Assembly: GCA_038245905.1 (NCBI GenBank)
Contig: JBBRRY010000006.1
Coordinates: forward strand, 64,425-128,424
Direction of reading: 5' to 3'
Source: Thermoanaerobaculia bacterium
GTDB lineage: Bacteria; Acidobacteriota; Thermoanaerobaculia; UBA5066
Length of the DNA stretch: 64,000 nt
Under the pieces are notes generated by a model. That model was not told where the DNA came from, searched no databases, and worked only from the letters and a program-made list of their open reading frames with translations. Each line of letters begins with the position of its first letter. The first letter of the stretch is position 1. Position numbers and translations under genes: made by a program. Positions 39,181-48,871 of this stretch are shown piece by piece.

Positions 39181-39194
39181 ACCGGAGCGGCACG

Positions 39195-41144
39195 ATGGCA
39201 ACTGAAACGCTTCGCACCGTCTGCAACCGGGACTGCCCCGACGCGTGCGGCCTCATCGCGACCGTCGAGGACGGAAAGCTCGTCGCCGTCGGCGGCGATC
39301 CCGAGCATCCGGTCACGAAGGGCTTCCTGTGCCAGCGCACGTCGCAGTACCCGGCGACCCAGAACTCTCCTGACCGCCTGACGACGCCTCTTCTTCGAAA
39401 GAACGGCCGGCTCGAGCCCGCGTCGTGGGAGGAGGCCATCGGCTTCGTCACGACGCGGCTCCTCGCGATCCGGAAGGAATCCGGCCCGGCGGCGATCCTC
39501 CACTACCGGTCGGGCGGATCGCTCGGCCTCCTGAAGTCCGTCGTGGACTATTTCTGGGAGCTGATGGGGCCGGTCACCGTGAAGAGCGGCGACATCTGCT
39601 CGGGCGCCGGCGACGCCGCGCAGATGACCGACTTCGGCGACGAGGAGTCGCACGATTTCTTCGACCTCCTGAACGCGAAGAGCATCCTTCTCTGGGGCAA
39701 GAATCCCGCCATCTCGAACGTCCACCTCATGCCGATCCTCCAACAGGCGAAGAGGCAGGGCACGCGCGTCCTTCTCGTGGATCCGATCCACCACAAGGCC
39801 GCGAAGCTCGCCGACCGCGAGATCCTCGTGCGCCCGGGCGGGGACTTCGACCTCGCGATGGGCGTCGCCGCGCGGCTCTTCGAGACGGGCGGGGCGGATC
39901 CAGACGCCGCCCACTTTTGCGACGACCTCGCCGCATTCCGCGCGCTCGCGACGTCGCGCTCCGCCGCGGACTGGGCGCGCGCGGCCGACGTCGCCCTCGA
40001 GGACGTCGAAGCGATCGCCGCGGCGCTCCGCGGCCGGCCCTGCTCGATCCAGGTGGGTTGGGGCATGGGCCGCCGGATGAACGGCTCGGCGATCGTGCGC
40101 GCGCTGGACGCGCTCGGAGCGGTCAGCGGAAACCTCGGGGTTCCCGGCGGAGGCGTCTCCTTCTATTACAAGAGGCGCGGACCCTTCGACACGTCCTTCC
40201 TGAAGAAGAACCCGCCGCGCGCGATCCCGGAGCCCCTACTCGGCGAAGGGATTCTCGGGGCCGAGGACCCGCCGATCCGGGCCGTCTGGGTGACGGCCGG
40301 CAACCCCGTCTCGATGCTGCCGGACTCGGCGACGGTCGCGCGGGCGCTCGAGACGCGCGAGCTCGTCGTCGTCGTGGACTCCTTCCTGACCGACACGGCG
40401 CGCCGCGCGACCGTCGTGTTTCCGACGACGACGCTCGTCGAGGACGACGATCTTCTCGGCGCCTACGGCAACCACTTCATCGGGGCTTCGGTGCCCGTCG
40501 TCCACCCACCCGCGAACGTCAAGAGCGATCTCGAGATCGTCCAGGCGCTTGCGATCGCGATCGACGAGAGGACCGGGGGGGAAGAAGAAGAAAAGAAGAT
40601 TTCTTTGAAGGTAAGAGGGACAGCCCGCGAATGGAAGGAACGGCTGCTCGCGCGAGTCGCACCGCTGGGCGTGACGATCGACCGACTCGAGCGCGAGTCC
40701 ATCCGAAACCCTCTCGTCGAAGAGGTTCTTTTCAAAGATCGCAAGTTCCCGACCGCGTCGGGCAAGGTGAAGCTCGTTCACACTCTTCCGCCCGTCCCGC
40801 CCGAGGAGCCGGGGTTCCCTCTTTGGCTTTTCTCGAATTCGACCGAGAAATCCCAGAACTCGCAGTGGGCGGCGCCCGAGCCGGAGCTTCTCACCGCGTC
40901 GTGTCATCCGGCGGTCGCAAACGGATTTACGGACGGCGACGTCGTCCGGCTCGAGAGCGCGATCGGTTCGATCCGAGTGAAGCTCAAACACGATCCCGAA
41001 CAGCGGCGCGACGTCGTGATCGTCCCGAAGGGCGGCAACTACGACCGCGGCAACTGCGCGAACGCGCTCATCCGCGCGCGGCTGACCGATGCGGGCGAAG
41101 GGGCCGCGTACCAGGACTGTCGCGTACGACTCGTCCCGGCCTGA
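39195..41144 (+). CDS. Molybdopterin (bis-MGD) oxidoreductase with 4Fe-4S motif
   Basis: CNRDCPDAC..GFLC, RLTTPL.R, SWEEA, LWGKNP, GNP, D.FLTDTA, C-terminal dinucleotide-binding domain. Confidence 0.88.
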   Translation: MATETLRTVCNRDCPDACGLIATVEDGKLVAVGGDPEHPVTKGFLCQRTSQYPATQNSPDRLTTPLLRKNGRLEPASWEEAIGFVTTRLLAIRKESGPAAILHYRSGGSLGLLKSVVDYFWELMGPVTVKSGDICSGAGDAAQMTDFGDEESHDFFDLLNAKSILLWGKNPAISNVHLMPILQQAKRQGTRVLLVDPIHHKAAKLADREILVRPGGDFDLAMGVAARLFETGGADPDAAHFCDDLAAFRALATSRSAADWARAADVALEDVEAIAAALRGRPCSIQVGWGMGRRMNGSAIVRALDALGAVSGNLGVPGGGVSFYYKRRGPFDTSFLKKNPPRAIPEPLLGEGILGAEDPPIRAVWVTAGNPVSMLPDSATVARALETRELVVVVDSFLTDTARRATVVFPTTTLVEDDDLLGAYGNHFIGASVPVVHPPANVKSDLEIVQALAIAIDERTGGEEEEKKISLKVRGTAREWKERLLARVAPLGVTIDRLERESIRNPLVEEVLFKDRKFPTASGKVKLVHTLPPVPPEEPGFPLWLFSNSTEKSQNSQWAAPEPELLTASCHPAVANGFTDGDVVRLESAIGSIRVKLKHDPEQRRDVVIVPKGGNYDRGNCANALIRARLTDAGEGAAYQDCRVRLVPA

Positions 41145-41147
41145 TCG

Positions 41148-42344
41148 CTAGAGGCCCGGGCGCAGGAGCTCGCGGGCGATGACCATTCGCTGGATCTCGG
41201 ACGTGCCCTCCCCGATCGTACAGAGTTTGACGTCGCGATAGAACTTCTCGGCGGGGAAGTCCTTCGTGAAGCCGTATCCGCCGTGGATCTGGACGGCGAG
41301 GTTCGCGACACGCACGGAGACTTCCGATGCGTAAAGCTTCGCCATCGACGATTCCTTCGTCGTGAGACGGCCCTGGTCCTTCAGCCAGCCGGCGCGGTAC
41401 GTGAGGAGGCGCGCCGCCTCGATTTCGGTGGCCATGTCACAGAGATAGTTCTGGATGGACTGGAATTCCGAGATCGCTTTTCCGAACTGACGCCGCTGCT
41501 GCGCGTAACGGAGTGAGCACTCGAAGGCGCCCTGCGCCATTCCGAGGGCGAGAGCCGCAATAGAGATGCGGCCGCCGTCGAGCACCTTCATCGCCTGCAC
41601 GAATCCGTGCCCGAGCTCTCCGATCAGGTTCTCTTTCGGGATCCGGCAGTCCTCCATCACGAGCGTCGCCGTATCGGAAGCCCGAAGGCCGAGCTTGTTC
41701 TCCTTCTTGCCCGCGTGAATTCCCTTCTGATGGAGGTCCACGACGAATGCCGAGATCCCGTGCTTGCCGGAGGACTTGTCCGTGACCGCCATCAGGACCG
41801 CGACGTCGCCGACCGAGCCCATCGTGATGAAGTTTTTCGAGCCGTTCAGCACCCACGAGGCGCCGTCGAGAACGGCGGTCGTCTTCGTCCCGGCGCTGTC
41901 GCTCCCGGCCTCGGACTCGGTCAGCCCCCAGGCTCCGAGGAGCTTCCCCTGCGCCAGAGGCGTCACCCACTTCCGCCGCTGCTCTTCGCTGCCGAACAGG
42001 AAGAGGTGGTTCAGACAGAGGCTGTTGTGCGCGGCGATAGAGATCCCGACCGAGCCGTCCACGCGCGAGAGCTCTTCAACGACGTGGATGTAGTCGATGT
42101 ACGAGAGCCCCGCGCCCCCATACTCCTCCGGCACGAGGACGCCGAGCATCCCGAGAGCGCCCAGCTTCTTCACAGCCTCGAGCGGGAAGGTCTGCGTCTC
42201 GTCCCACTCCATGACATGGGGCGCGATCTCGCTCTCCGCGAAATCCCGCACCATCCGCCGCACGGCCTCCTGTTCCGCGGTGAGCGCGAAGTTCATGCCG
42301 GAAAGGTGCGTCGCGGGGGATTCGACTGCAAGAGGTGAGGCCAT
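41148..42344 (-). CDS. Acyl-CoA dehydrogenase
   Basis: [57 protein letters not shown]; start may be 42296. Confidence 0.95.
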   Translation of the reverse strand: MASPLAVESPATHLSGMNFALTAEQEAVRRMVRDFAESEIAPHVMEWDETQTFPLEAVKKLGALGMLGVLVPEEYGGAGLSYIDYIHVVEELSRVDGSVGISIAAHNSLCLNHLFLFGSEEQRRKWVTPLAQGKLLGAWGLTESEAGSDSAGTKTTAVLDGASWVLNGSKNFITMGSVGDVAVLMAVTDKSSGKHGISAFVVDLHQKGIHAGKKENKLGLRASDTATLVMEDCRIPKENLIGELGHGFVQAMKVLDGGRISIAALALGMAQGAFECSLRYAQQRRQFGKAISEFQSIQNYLCDMATEIEAARLLTYRAGWLKDQGRLTTKESSMAKLYASEVSVRVANLAVQIHGGYGFTKDFPAEKFYRDVKLCTIGEGTSEIQRMVIARELLRPGL

Positions 42345-42400
42345 GCGCGCTCCACGGCGTTTGCCGGAATTTGACGAGGTCGTCAAATTTCGGATAGATC

Positions 42401-43417
42401 TTACACGAGGACGGGCGGCGCGTCCTGCGCAGGAACGCCGGTTTTCTTCTCCTCGCCGATCGACGCCGCTGCGGGCCAGAGCGCGACGAACGACCCGCTC
42501 ACCGCGAGATCGAAGGCGAGAGCGACGAGGATCTGCGCGAGAAGGATGACGGCCGTCCCGAACGCGAAGACGGCGAGAGAGCGCATGCCCACGATCGAGA
42601 GCGCGGCCCGCGGCACGAGGAACGCGAAACCCGTCACGAACCCTGCCGCGAGAGTGAGGAGGTAGAGGAAAACGGCGCGCGAGAGGGACGCGCGGGTCCA
42701 CGCGGCCGCGCGGGCGACGGCCTCGAGCGCGTCGATCTCCGCGGCCGCCGCCAGCCTGCCGGCCACGAGGTAGAGGATGCGCAGCGCGACCGACGCCCCG
42801 AAGGCGGGCGGCAGAACGAGGACGAAGAGCACGATCAGCGCCGCGGCGGCGCCGCCGTGCCCGCCCACACCGGCGAGGATCGCGAGGACGATCGGGAGAA
42901 AGACGAGGAGCGCCACGAGGGAGACGCCGAGGCCGTAAACGTTCAGGAGCGCGAAGAAGCGCCCGAAGTCGCGGCGCGCGGAGGACCAGAACACGGCCGC
43001 GAGCCCCGGGCGACGGAAGGCGGCGAGTGGGGCGTTCTCCGGCGTGCCCGCGTCGATCGCGAGGAGGCAGCCCGTGATGCCTGCGCGGATGTACGCCGCG
43101 AGCGCCGTGAGAAGGACGAGGACGAGCAGGAACACGAGGAGCCCGGCTAGAACGGCCGCCGGGGAGATCGCGAGGAACTCGAGGAAGCTCCGGAGCGCGT
43201 CCACCAGGCCCGACGGGTCGCGGAACGTAGCGTCCCGCCGGCCGAAGGGCCGCAGGGAGCCCGCGGCACGGAAGACGAACACGAGAACGGGCGCCGCCAC
43301 GGAGGCGAAGACGGCGAGGGCGAAGAGGAGCGGCGCGAGGATCAGCCCCGGGTTCGAGACGATCGCCGAGAGCCCGCGCCGGAACGCCTCGCGAGCCGGG
43401 CGCGCGGGCGGGGGCAT
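42401..43417 (-). CDS. Hypothetical multi-pass membrane protein
   Basis: About 6 hydrophobic helices; co-oriented and closely spaced with neighbours. Confidence 0.7.
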   Translation of the reverse strand: MPPPARPAREAFRRGLSAIVSNPGLILAPLLFALAVFASVAAPVLVFVFRAAGSLRPFGRRDATFRDPSGLVDALRSFLEFLAISPAAVLAGLLVFLLVLVLLTALAAYIRAGITGCLLAIDAGTPENAPLAAFRRPGLAAVFWSSARRDFGRFFALLNVYGLGVSLVALLVFLPIVLAILAGVGGHGGAAAALIVLFVLVLPPAFGASVALRILYLVAGRLAAAAEIDALEAVARAAAWTRASLSRAVFLYLLTLAAGFVTGFAFLVPRAALSIVGMRSLAVFAFGTAVILLAQILVALAFDLAVSGSFVALWPAAASIGEEKKTGVPAQDAPPVLV

Positions 43418-43421
43418 CGGC

Positions 43422-44147
43422 TCAGACCTTGACGGCGCGCCACGCCCGATAGTCGAGCCCGTCCAGGACGACGAGGTCGCACATCTCGAAGAGCCGGCTG
43501 CGAACCATCGTCCCGATGCGATCCTCCAGCTTCTCCTCCCCCGGACGAACCGGCGCGTCGGAGTAGTTGGAGGTGACGATCGTCAGGCGCTGCCGGTTGT
43601 AGCGCGTGTTGATGAGCCCGTAGAGCACGTCGCGGACCCAGTCGGTGGGGCGGCGGGCGCCCAGCTCGTCCAGGACCAGCAGCTCGGCGTCGCGATAGGG
43701 CGCAAGGACGTCGTCGGCGTTGTCCGGGTTCGTGCGCGAGAACGTCGCCTGGATCCGCTCCAGAAGGTCCGAGAAGTCGCAGAAGACGCCCCTCACGCCG
43801 CAGTCCTCGATAAGCGTCTTCAGGATCGCCACGGAAAGGTGCGTCTTCCCCACGCCGACAGGGCCGACGAAAAGAAGGCCCCGGTCGCGGGTCTTCCATT
43901 CCTCGACGAACTTGCGGGCGACGAGACTCGCCTTCACGTGGCTCGGAGAGTTGCCGGGGCGCTTGAGATCGAAGTTCTCGATCCGGCAGTTCAGGTAGCG
44001 CTGGGGAATCTCGGCGGCTCGCATGCGGGCCTCGGCGAGACCGGCGACCTGACAGCCGCAGGCTACGGTCCGCCCCTGGGCCGTCTCGAGGACGCCGAAT
44101 CCCTTGCAGAGGGCACAGACTTCGCGGTCGGGAGCGTTGGCGGCCAC
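43422..44147 (-). CDS. DnaC/DnaI-like AAA+ ATPase (helicase-loader-like)
   Basis: N-terminal CxxCxG..CxC zinc motif, IP.RY, GPVGVGKTHL, LVLDELG, NTRYN..TIVTSN, SRL.EMC. Confidence 0.85.
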   Translation of the reverse strand: MAANAPDREVCALCKGFGVLETAQGRTVACGCQVAGLAEARMRAAEIPQRYLNCRIENFDLKRPGNSPSHVKASLVARKFVEEWKTRDRGLLFVGPVGVGKTHLSVAILKTLIEDCGVRGVFCDFSDLLERIQATFSRTNPDNADDVLAPYRDAELLVLDELGARRPTDWVRDVLYGLINTRYNRQRLTIVTSNYSDAPVRPGEEKLEDRIGTMVRSRLFEMCDLVVLDGLDYRAWRAVKV

Positions 44148-44163
44148 GGCCTGATTCTAGGGC

Positions 44164-45051
44164 CTAATTAAGAAACGCTTTGAGGGCCCGGTTCTTCATC
44201 GTTCGCTTGATGCGCGCGATGGCCTGCGCCTCGATCTGCCGGACGCGTTCGCGCGAGAGGCGCAGCTCCTCGCCGATCTCCTGCAGCGTCATGGGCTCCC
44301 GCTCGCCGTCCGAACCGTCCTCGGGGATGCCGAAACGCCGGCAGAGGATGGCGCGCTCCTTTTTCGGAAGCGACTCGAGCAGACCGCGCGTCTGCTCGAC
44401 GCTCGAGCGCTGCAGCATCTGGTCGTCGGCGGCCGCGACGGACGTCTGCTCGAGGGTGTCGCCGAGGGTGCGGTCCTCCTCGGCACCGAAGACGTCGGAC
44501 AGCGATTCCGAGCTGCGCGACATCGCCATGAGGTTGCCGGCCTCGTCCGGCCGGAGTCCGGCCTCCGCCGCGATTTCCTCCATCGTGGGCTCCCGGCCGA
44601 GCGACCGCGAAAGGGCCTCTTTCACGCGCCCGAGGCGGGAGTGGAGAGTCGCCTGCTTGTGTGGAAGGCGGATCGCCCCCCATTGCTCGGACAAGGCGTT
44701 CGAAATCGCCTGCCGGACCCACCAGACCGCGTACGTGATGAACTTGACGCCCCGCTCGGCGTCGAAGCGCCGGGCGGCCTGGATGAGTCCGATGTTCCCC
44801 TCGTTGATGAGGTCGAGGAACGAGATGCCGGGAGAATGAAAACGCTTCGCATAGGAAACGACGAACCGAAGGTTCCCGCGCACGAGCTCGTCGACGGCCT
44901 CGCGCCCCGCGTCTTCCGTGGTTTCCGGATTTTGAATGATCCGTCCGAGCTCCCGCTCCCGCTCGGGCGTCAGGATCGCGTACCGCGAAATGTCTTCGAG
45001 GTACTTTCGGAGGACCTTCGAGTCGTCTTCGGGACGCAAGCGCTGGCTCAC
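44164..45051 (-). CDS. RpoD/SigA-family alternative sigma factor (lacks region 1.1)
   Basis: YL.DI..Y.IL, NLRFVVS.AK, DLINEGNIGL, FD.ERG.KFITYA.WW, TLQEIG..L.LSRERVRQIE. Confidence 0.93.
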   Translation of the reverse strand: MSQRLRPEDDSKVLRKYLEDISRYAILTPERERELGRIIQNPETTEDAGREAVDELVRGNLRFVVSYAKRFHSPGISFLDLINEGNIGLIQAARRFDAERGVKFITYAVWWVRQAISNALSEQWGAIRLPHKQATLHSRLGRVKEALSRSLGREPTMEEIAAEAGLRPDEAGNLMAMSRSSESLSDVFGAEEDRTLGDTLEQTSVAAADDQMLQRSSVEQTRGLLESLPKKERAILCRRFGIPEDGSDGEREPMTLQEIGEELRLSRERVRQIEAQAIARIKRTMKNRALKAFLN

Positions 45052-45094
45052 AAATCGCGATTATGTCCCCTCGCCGCGCGGGCGCGGAATTTCG

Positions 45095-45526
45095 TCAGCG
45101 CACGCGAAGAACAATCGCGCCGCGGGGCCGGATCGCGAGCGCCCGGGAGAAATCCCCTCCGCGGGACGCGTGCTCCTTCGCGATGGCGCGGATGGATTCC
45201 ATGAGACGTCCCACCTCTCCCTCCATGCGCACGAGTCGCGACTTGAGCTCGAGAATCACTTCCACGCCGGCCAGGTTCACGCCCAGCTCCCGCGTCAACG
45301 TGAGGATGATCTCGAGCCGTTCGACCGTCTCGAGATCGTAGAGTCGCGTGTTTCCGGACGAGCGCGCGGGCCTGATGAGCCCCTCGCGTTCGTAGAGGCG
45401 AAGGGTCTGGGGATGGACGCCAAACCGCTCGGCGACCACGCCGATGAAGACGTAGCCGTCCCGCGCGGCGGGGGCCGGTGGGGGGGCCGGGCCTTGCGGC
45501 CCGGCCCCCTTGCGACGCGAATCCAT
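45095..45526 (-). CDS. hspR: MerR-family heat-shock repressor HspR
   Basis: IGVVAE..GVHPQTLRLYEREGLI.P.RS.GNTRLY..LTRELGVNLAGV; directly downstream of dnaK. Confidence 0.88.
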   Translation of the reverse strand: MDSRRKGAGPQGPAPPPAPAARDGYVFIGVVAERFGVHPQTLRLYEREGLIRPARSSGNTRLYDLETVERLEIILTLTRELGVNLAGVEVILELKSRLVRMEGEVGRLMESIRAIAKEHASRGGDFSRALAIRPRGAIVLRVR

Positions 45527-45530
45527 TCTC

Positions 45531-47441
45531 TTACTTCTTCTGCTCCACGACCTCGGCGTCGATGACGTCGTCGGCCGGCTTGGGCGCATCCGGACCGCCC
45601 GGTGCGACGCCGGCATCGGTGCCGGGCGCGCCCGCGGGCGCGGCCTTATAGAGGGCCTCGGCGATCTTGTAACTCGCCTTCTGGAGCTCCTGCGTGGCCT
45701 TCTTCAGGGCTTCGGCGTCTCCGGCGCTCGCTTCGAGCACCTTCTTCGCGTCGGCAACCGCCGTCCGGACGGCCTCCTTCTCCGATTCCGGCACCTTGTC
45801 GCCGCTCTCCTCCACGAGCTTCTCCGTCGAGTAGACGAGCGCATCGAGCCCGTTCTTCGCCTCGATCGCCTCGCGCCGCTTCTTGTCGTCGGCGCTGTGC
45901 GACTCGGCGTCCTTCACGAGCTTTTCGACTTCCTTCTTGTCGAGGCCCGACGAGGACGTGATCGTGATCTTTTGCTCCTTCCCCGTGCCCCGTTCCTTCG
46001 CCGACACGTTCATGATGCCGTTCGCGTCGATGTCGAACGTGACCTCGACCTGCGGCATGCCGCGCGGCGCCGGCGGGATCCCCACGAGAGAGAAGACGCC
46101 GAGAAGCTTGTTGTCACCGGCCATCTCCCGTTCGCCCTGGAGCACCTTGATTTCGACAGAGGTCTGCCCGTCGGAAGCTGTCGAGAACGTCTCGGACTTC
46201 TTCGTGGGAATGGTCGTGTTGCGTTCGATCAGCTTCGTCATGACGCCGCCGAGCGTCTCGACGCCGAGCGAAAGCGGCGTGACGTCGAGGAGAAGGAGGT
46301 CCTTCACGTCGCCCGCGAGCACACCTCCCTGCAGGGCCGCACCGATGGCGACGACCTCGTCGGGGTTGACGGACTTGTTCGGCTCCTTGCCGAAGAACTC
46401 CTTCACGATCTGCTGAATCTTCGGCATGCGGGTCTGGCCGCCCACGAGGACGACTTCGTCGATCTTCGACGCGTCGAGGCCGGCATCCTTGAGCGCCTGC
46501 CGGCAGGGACCGACCGATCGCTGGAGGAGGTCGTCGACCAGCGACTCGAGCTTCGCTCGCGTGAGCTTGATGTTGAGGTGCTTTGGGCCCGACGCGTCGG
46601 CCGTGATGAACGGCAGGTTCACATCGGTCTCGACGGTCGTCGAGAGCTCGATCTTGGCCTTTTCGGCCGCTTCCTTCAGACGCTGCGTGGCCATCGGATC
46701 CTTCGAGAGATCGATCCCCTGGTCCTTCCGGAACTCCGCCTGGAGCCAGTCGACGATCTTCTGGTCGATGTTGTCGCCGCCCAGGTGCGTGTCACCGTTC
46801 GTCGACTTCACCTCGACGACGCCTTCGCCCACTTCGAGGATCGAGATGTCGAACGTGCCGCCTCCGAAGTCGTAGACCGCGATCGTCTCGTTCTTCTTCT
46901 TGTCGAGGCCGTAGGCAAGCGCCGCGGCCGTCGGTTCGTTGACGAGCCGCTCGACCTTGAGCCCCGCAATCTGGCCCGCGTCTTTCGTGGCCTGGCGCTG
47001 CGCGTCGTTGAAATAGGCCGGCACCGTGATGACGGCACGATCCACTTTCTCGCCGAGGTAGGCCTCCGCGGCCTCTTTCAGCTTCGTGAGGATCATCGCG
47101 GAGATCTCCGGCGGCGAGAGCTCCTTGCCGCCGATCGAGATCCGCGCGTCGCCGTTCGCGGTGCGGACGACTTTGTAAGGCACCATCTTCATCTCGTCGC
47201 TGACCTCGTCGACACGGCGGCCCATGAACCGCTTGATCGAGTAGACGGTGTTCTCGGAGTTCGTCACGGACTGCCGCTTCGCGACCTGTCCGACGAGGCG
47301 CTCGCCGCCTTTGCCGTAGGCGACGATGGAAGGCGTCGTGCGTCCGCCTTCGGAGTTCGCGATGACCTCGACCGTGCCGCCTTCGAGGACGGCGACCACG
47401 CTGTTCGTGGTGCCGAGGTCGATACCGATGATCTTGCTCAT
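45531..47441 (-). CDS. dnaK: Chaperone DnaK (Hsp70)
   Basis: [44 protein letters not shown]-terminal DAE. Confidence 0.99.
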   Translation of the reverse strand: MSKIIGIDLGTTNSVVAVLEGGTVEVIANSEGGRTTPSIVAYGKGGERLVGQVAKRQSVTNSENTVYSIKRFMGRRVDEVSDEMKMVPYKVVRTANGDARISIGGKELSPPEISAMILTKLKEAAEAYLGEKVDRAVITVPAYFNDAQRQATKDAGQIAGLKVERLVNEPTAAALAYGLDKKKNETIAVYDFGGGTFDISILEVGEGVVEVKSTNGDTHLGGDNIDQKIVDWLQAEFRKDQGIDLSKDPMATQRLKEAAEKAKIELSTTVETDVNLPFITADASGPKHLNIKLTRAKLESLVDDLLQRSVGPCRQALKDAGLDASKIDEVVLVGGQTRMPKIQQIVKEFFGKEPNKSVNPDEVVAIGAALQGGVLAGDVKDLLLLDVTPLSLGVETLGGVMTKLIERNTTIPTKKSETFSTASDGQTSVEIKVLQGEREMAGDNKLLGVFSLVGIPPAPRGMPQVEVTFDIDANGIMNVSAKERGTGKEQKITITSSSGLDKKEVEKLVKDAESHSADDKKRREAIEAKNGLDALVYSTEKLVEESGDKVPESEKEAVRTAVADAKKVLEASAGDAEALKKATQELQKASYKIAEALYKAAPAGAPGTDAGVAPGGPDAPKPADDVIDAEVVEQKK

Positions 47442-47482
47442 TTTCAGTGTTCCTTCCGGACCCCCGACTGGATCCAACGCAA

Positions 47483-47511
47483 AGAATAGGATCTTAGCGC
47501 GTTGTTGTCAA
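47483..47511 (-). promoter_or_regulatory. Sigma-70-type promoter of the dnaK operon
   Basis: Minus strand TTGACA (47511-47506), 17 nt, TATTCT (47488-47483) in an AT-rich intergenic region. Confidence 0.7.
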
Positions 47512-47557
47512 GTCCCTGATTGAACACATTTACAGTGTTACGTGAGATACTGCTAAG

Positions 47558-48868
47558 TTACTCTACAATAGTGATTTCCTTCGACGAATATGCCTGAAAA
47601 TCCGCGTCGCGCCGGTTGTCGCGGAGGGCAAGCGTACGTGAAAACAGGAGGTCTGGGTCGGTCTGACCGAGCGGATCGAACCCCACCAGGTAGAACTTCT
47701 CGTCCCGGACGATGTAGCGATACTTGGCTCCCCAGGGGTCCTTGAGATCGGCCGGTGCCAGGATGTGGGACGAGACGAGCGCGTCTACGGTCTCGGGAAG
47801 GCGGCCGGAGAGGAGCGTGAACGCATCGACTCCTTCCGCGACGCGGCGAAGTCGAAGGAGCGACAGGGACTTCTTGAACCCGTCCACGAGCGGGACGCGC
47901 CGCGCCGGCAGCGTCAGCAGGTTGAGGGGGTTCTGGGCCTGGAACCGGAGCGCGAGAAGGGCAAGCATCGCGAGGCCGAGGCCGGCGAGAAGAGCGACGT
48001 CGATTGGCCTCCGTGCAAGGCGCGCGTGCGCCGGGGAGTCCGCGATAAGCGCCTCCTCCGGAAGCTCCTCGGCCCGTGGCATGCTTTCCTCGACGAGCCC
48101 ACGGCTCACGAGGTCGAAGCACGCCTTACAGCCGTCAAACTCCGAGAGGAACGCCATCTCGTTGATCTCGGCGACGGTTCGACGGCCGTCGACGAGCTCG
48201 TAGACGGACCATTCGGCGCGCGAAACACGGATGGGATCGAGACGTTTCTCGCGAGCACGCCTGGCGACGGTCGAATCCTCGACGTCCTCGACCGCATCCT
48301 CGTCCGCGGCCGGAATGACCGGCTGCGCGACCGGGACCTTCTGATACACGAGATCGAGAGACCAGACCACCTTCTCGACGATCGGCCACTCGTCGATCAT
48401 CCGGGCGCCTTCCATCAGGAGGCGCTCGACCGCAATGGGCGTGGTCGACTCCGCGTCGTAGTCGACGTGCTCGGTCTGCTCGAAAACGTAGTCGCCGTCG
48501 GTCCAGCGGAACAGGCCGTAGGCGATGCGCTTGATCTGGATGTCGAGGCCGTCGCGCAGGTCCTGGGCCGTGCAGAATCCGTTCTTGAGCAGAATGAAAC
48601 CCAGCCGCTGCAGCGTCTGCGCCTGCATCTCGAGAGCGCGCGCGAGGGCCTCCGCCGTCAGCCGCCGGGTCTTCACGAGAACGGTGCCGAGGCGCGTGTC
48701 GAGCCGCTGGGCGGAGGATTCGGCCGACACCATCATCCCGTCGAGAAATCCGAGCGTCACAGTGTCGGCGGGGCCGCGCACCGTCAGAAGGCCGGTCTTG
48801 TGCTGGAGCGAGATGAGCTGAAAGATGTCCGCTAGAGAGAAATCCCGGAGGGTGCCTTCGAGTGCCAT
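47558..48868 (-). CDS. DUF4388 protein with tandem MshEN-like motifs, TM helix and GspG-like C-terminus
   Basis: MALEG.L.DFSL.DIFQL..KTG.L DUF4388 start; two RLG..L motifs; TM segment; LP..LDALV..DPWG..Y T2SS-G-like tail. Confidence 0.8.
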   Translation of the reverse strand: MALEGTLRDFSLADIFQLISLQHKTGLLTVRGPADTVTLGFLDGMMVSAESSAQRLDTRLGTVLVKTRRLTAEALARALEMQAQTLQRLGFILLKNGFCTAQDLRDGLDIQIKRIAYGLFRWTDGDYVFEQTEHVDYDAESTTPIAVERLLMEGARMIDEWPIVEKVVWSLDLVYQKVPVAQPVIPAADEDAVEDVEDSTVARRAREKRLDPIRVSRAEWSVYELVDGRRTVAEINEMAFLSEFDGCKACFDLVSRGLVEESMPRAEELPEEALIADSPAHARLARRPIDVALLAGLGLAMLALLALRFQAQNPLNLLTLPARRVPLVDGFKKSLSLLRLRRVAEGVDAFTLLSGRLPETVDALVSSHILAPADLKDPWGAKYRYIVRDEKFYLVGFDPLGQTDPDLLFSRTLALRDNRRDADFQAYSSKEITIVE

Positions 48869-48871
48869 TGG

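Noticed and set aside
43422-44147. Orphan IstB from a second IS21
   Set aside because: It has an N-terminal zinc motif typical of DnaC/DnaI-like loaders, and there is no istA or inverted repeats nearby.
47490-47560. CIRCE (HrcA) operator upstream of dnaK
   Set aside because: TTAGC and GCTAA halves exist, but they are about 55 bp apart and lack the ACTC-N9-GAGT core.
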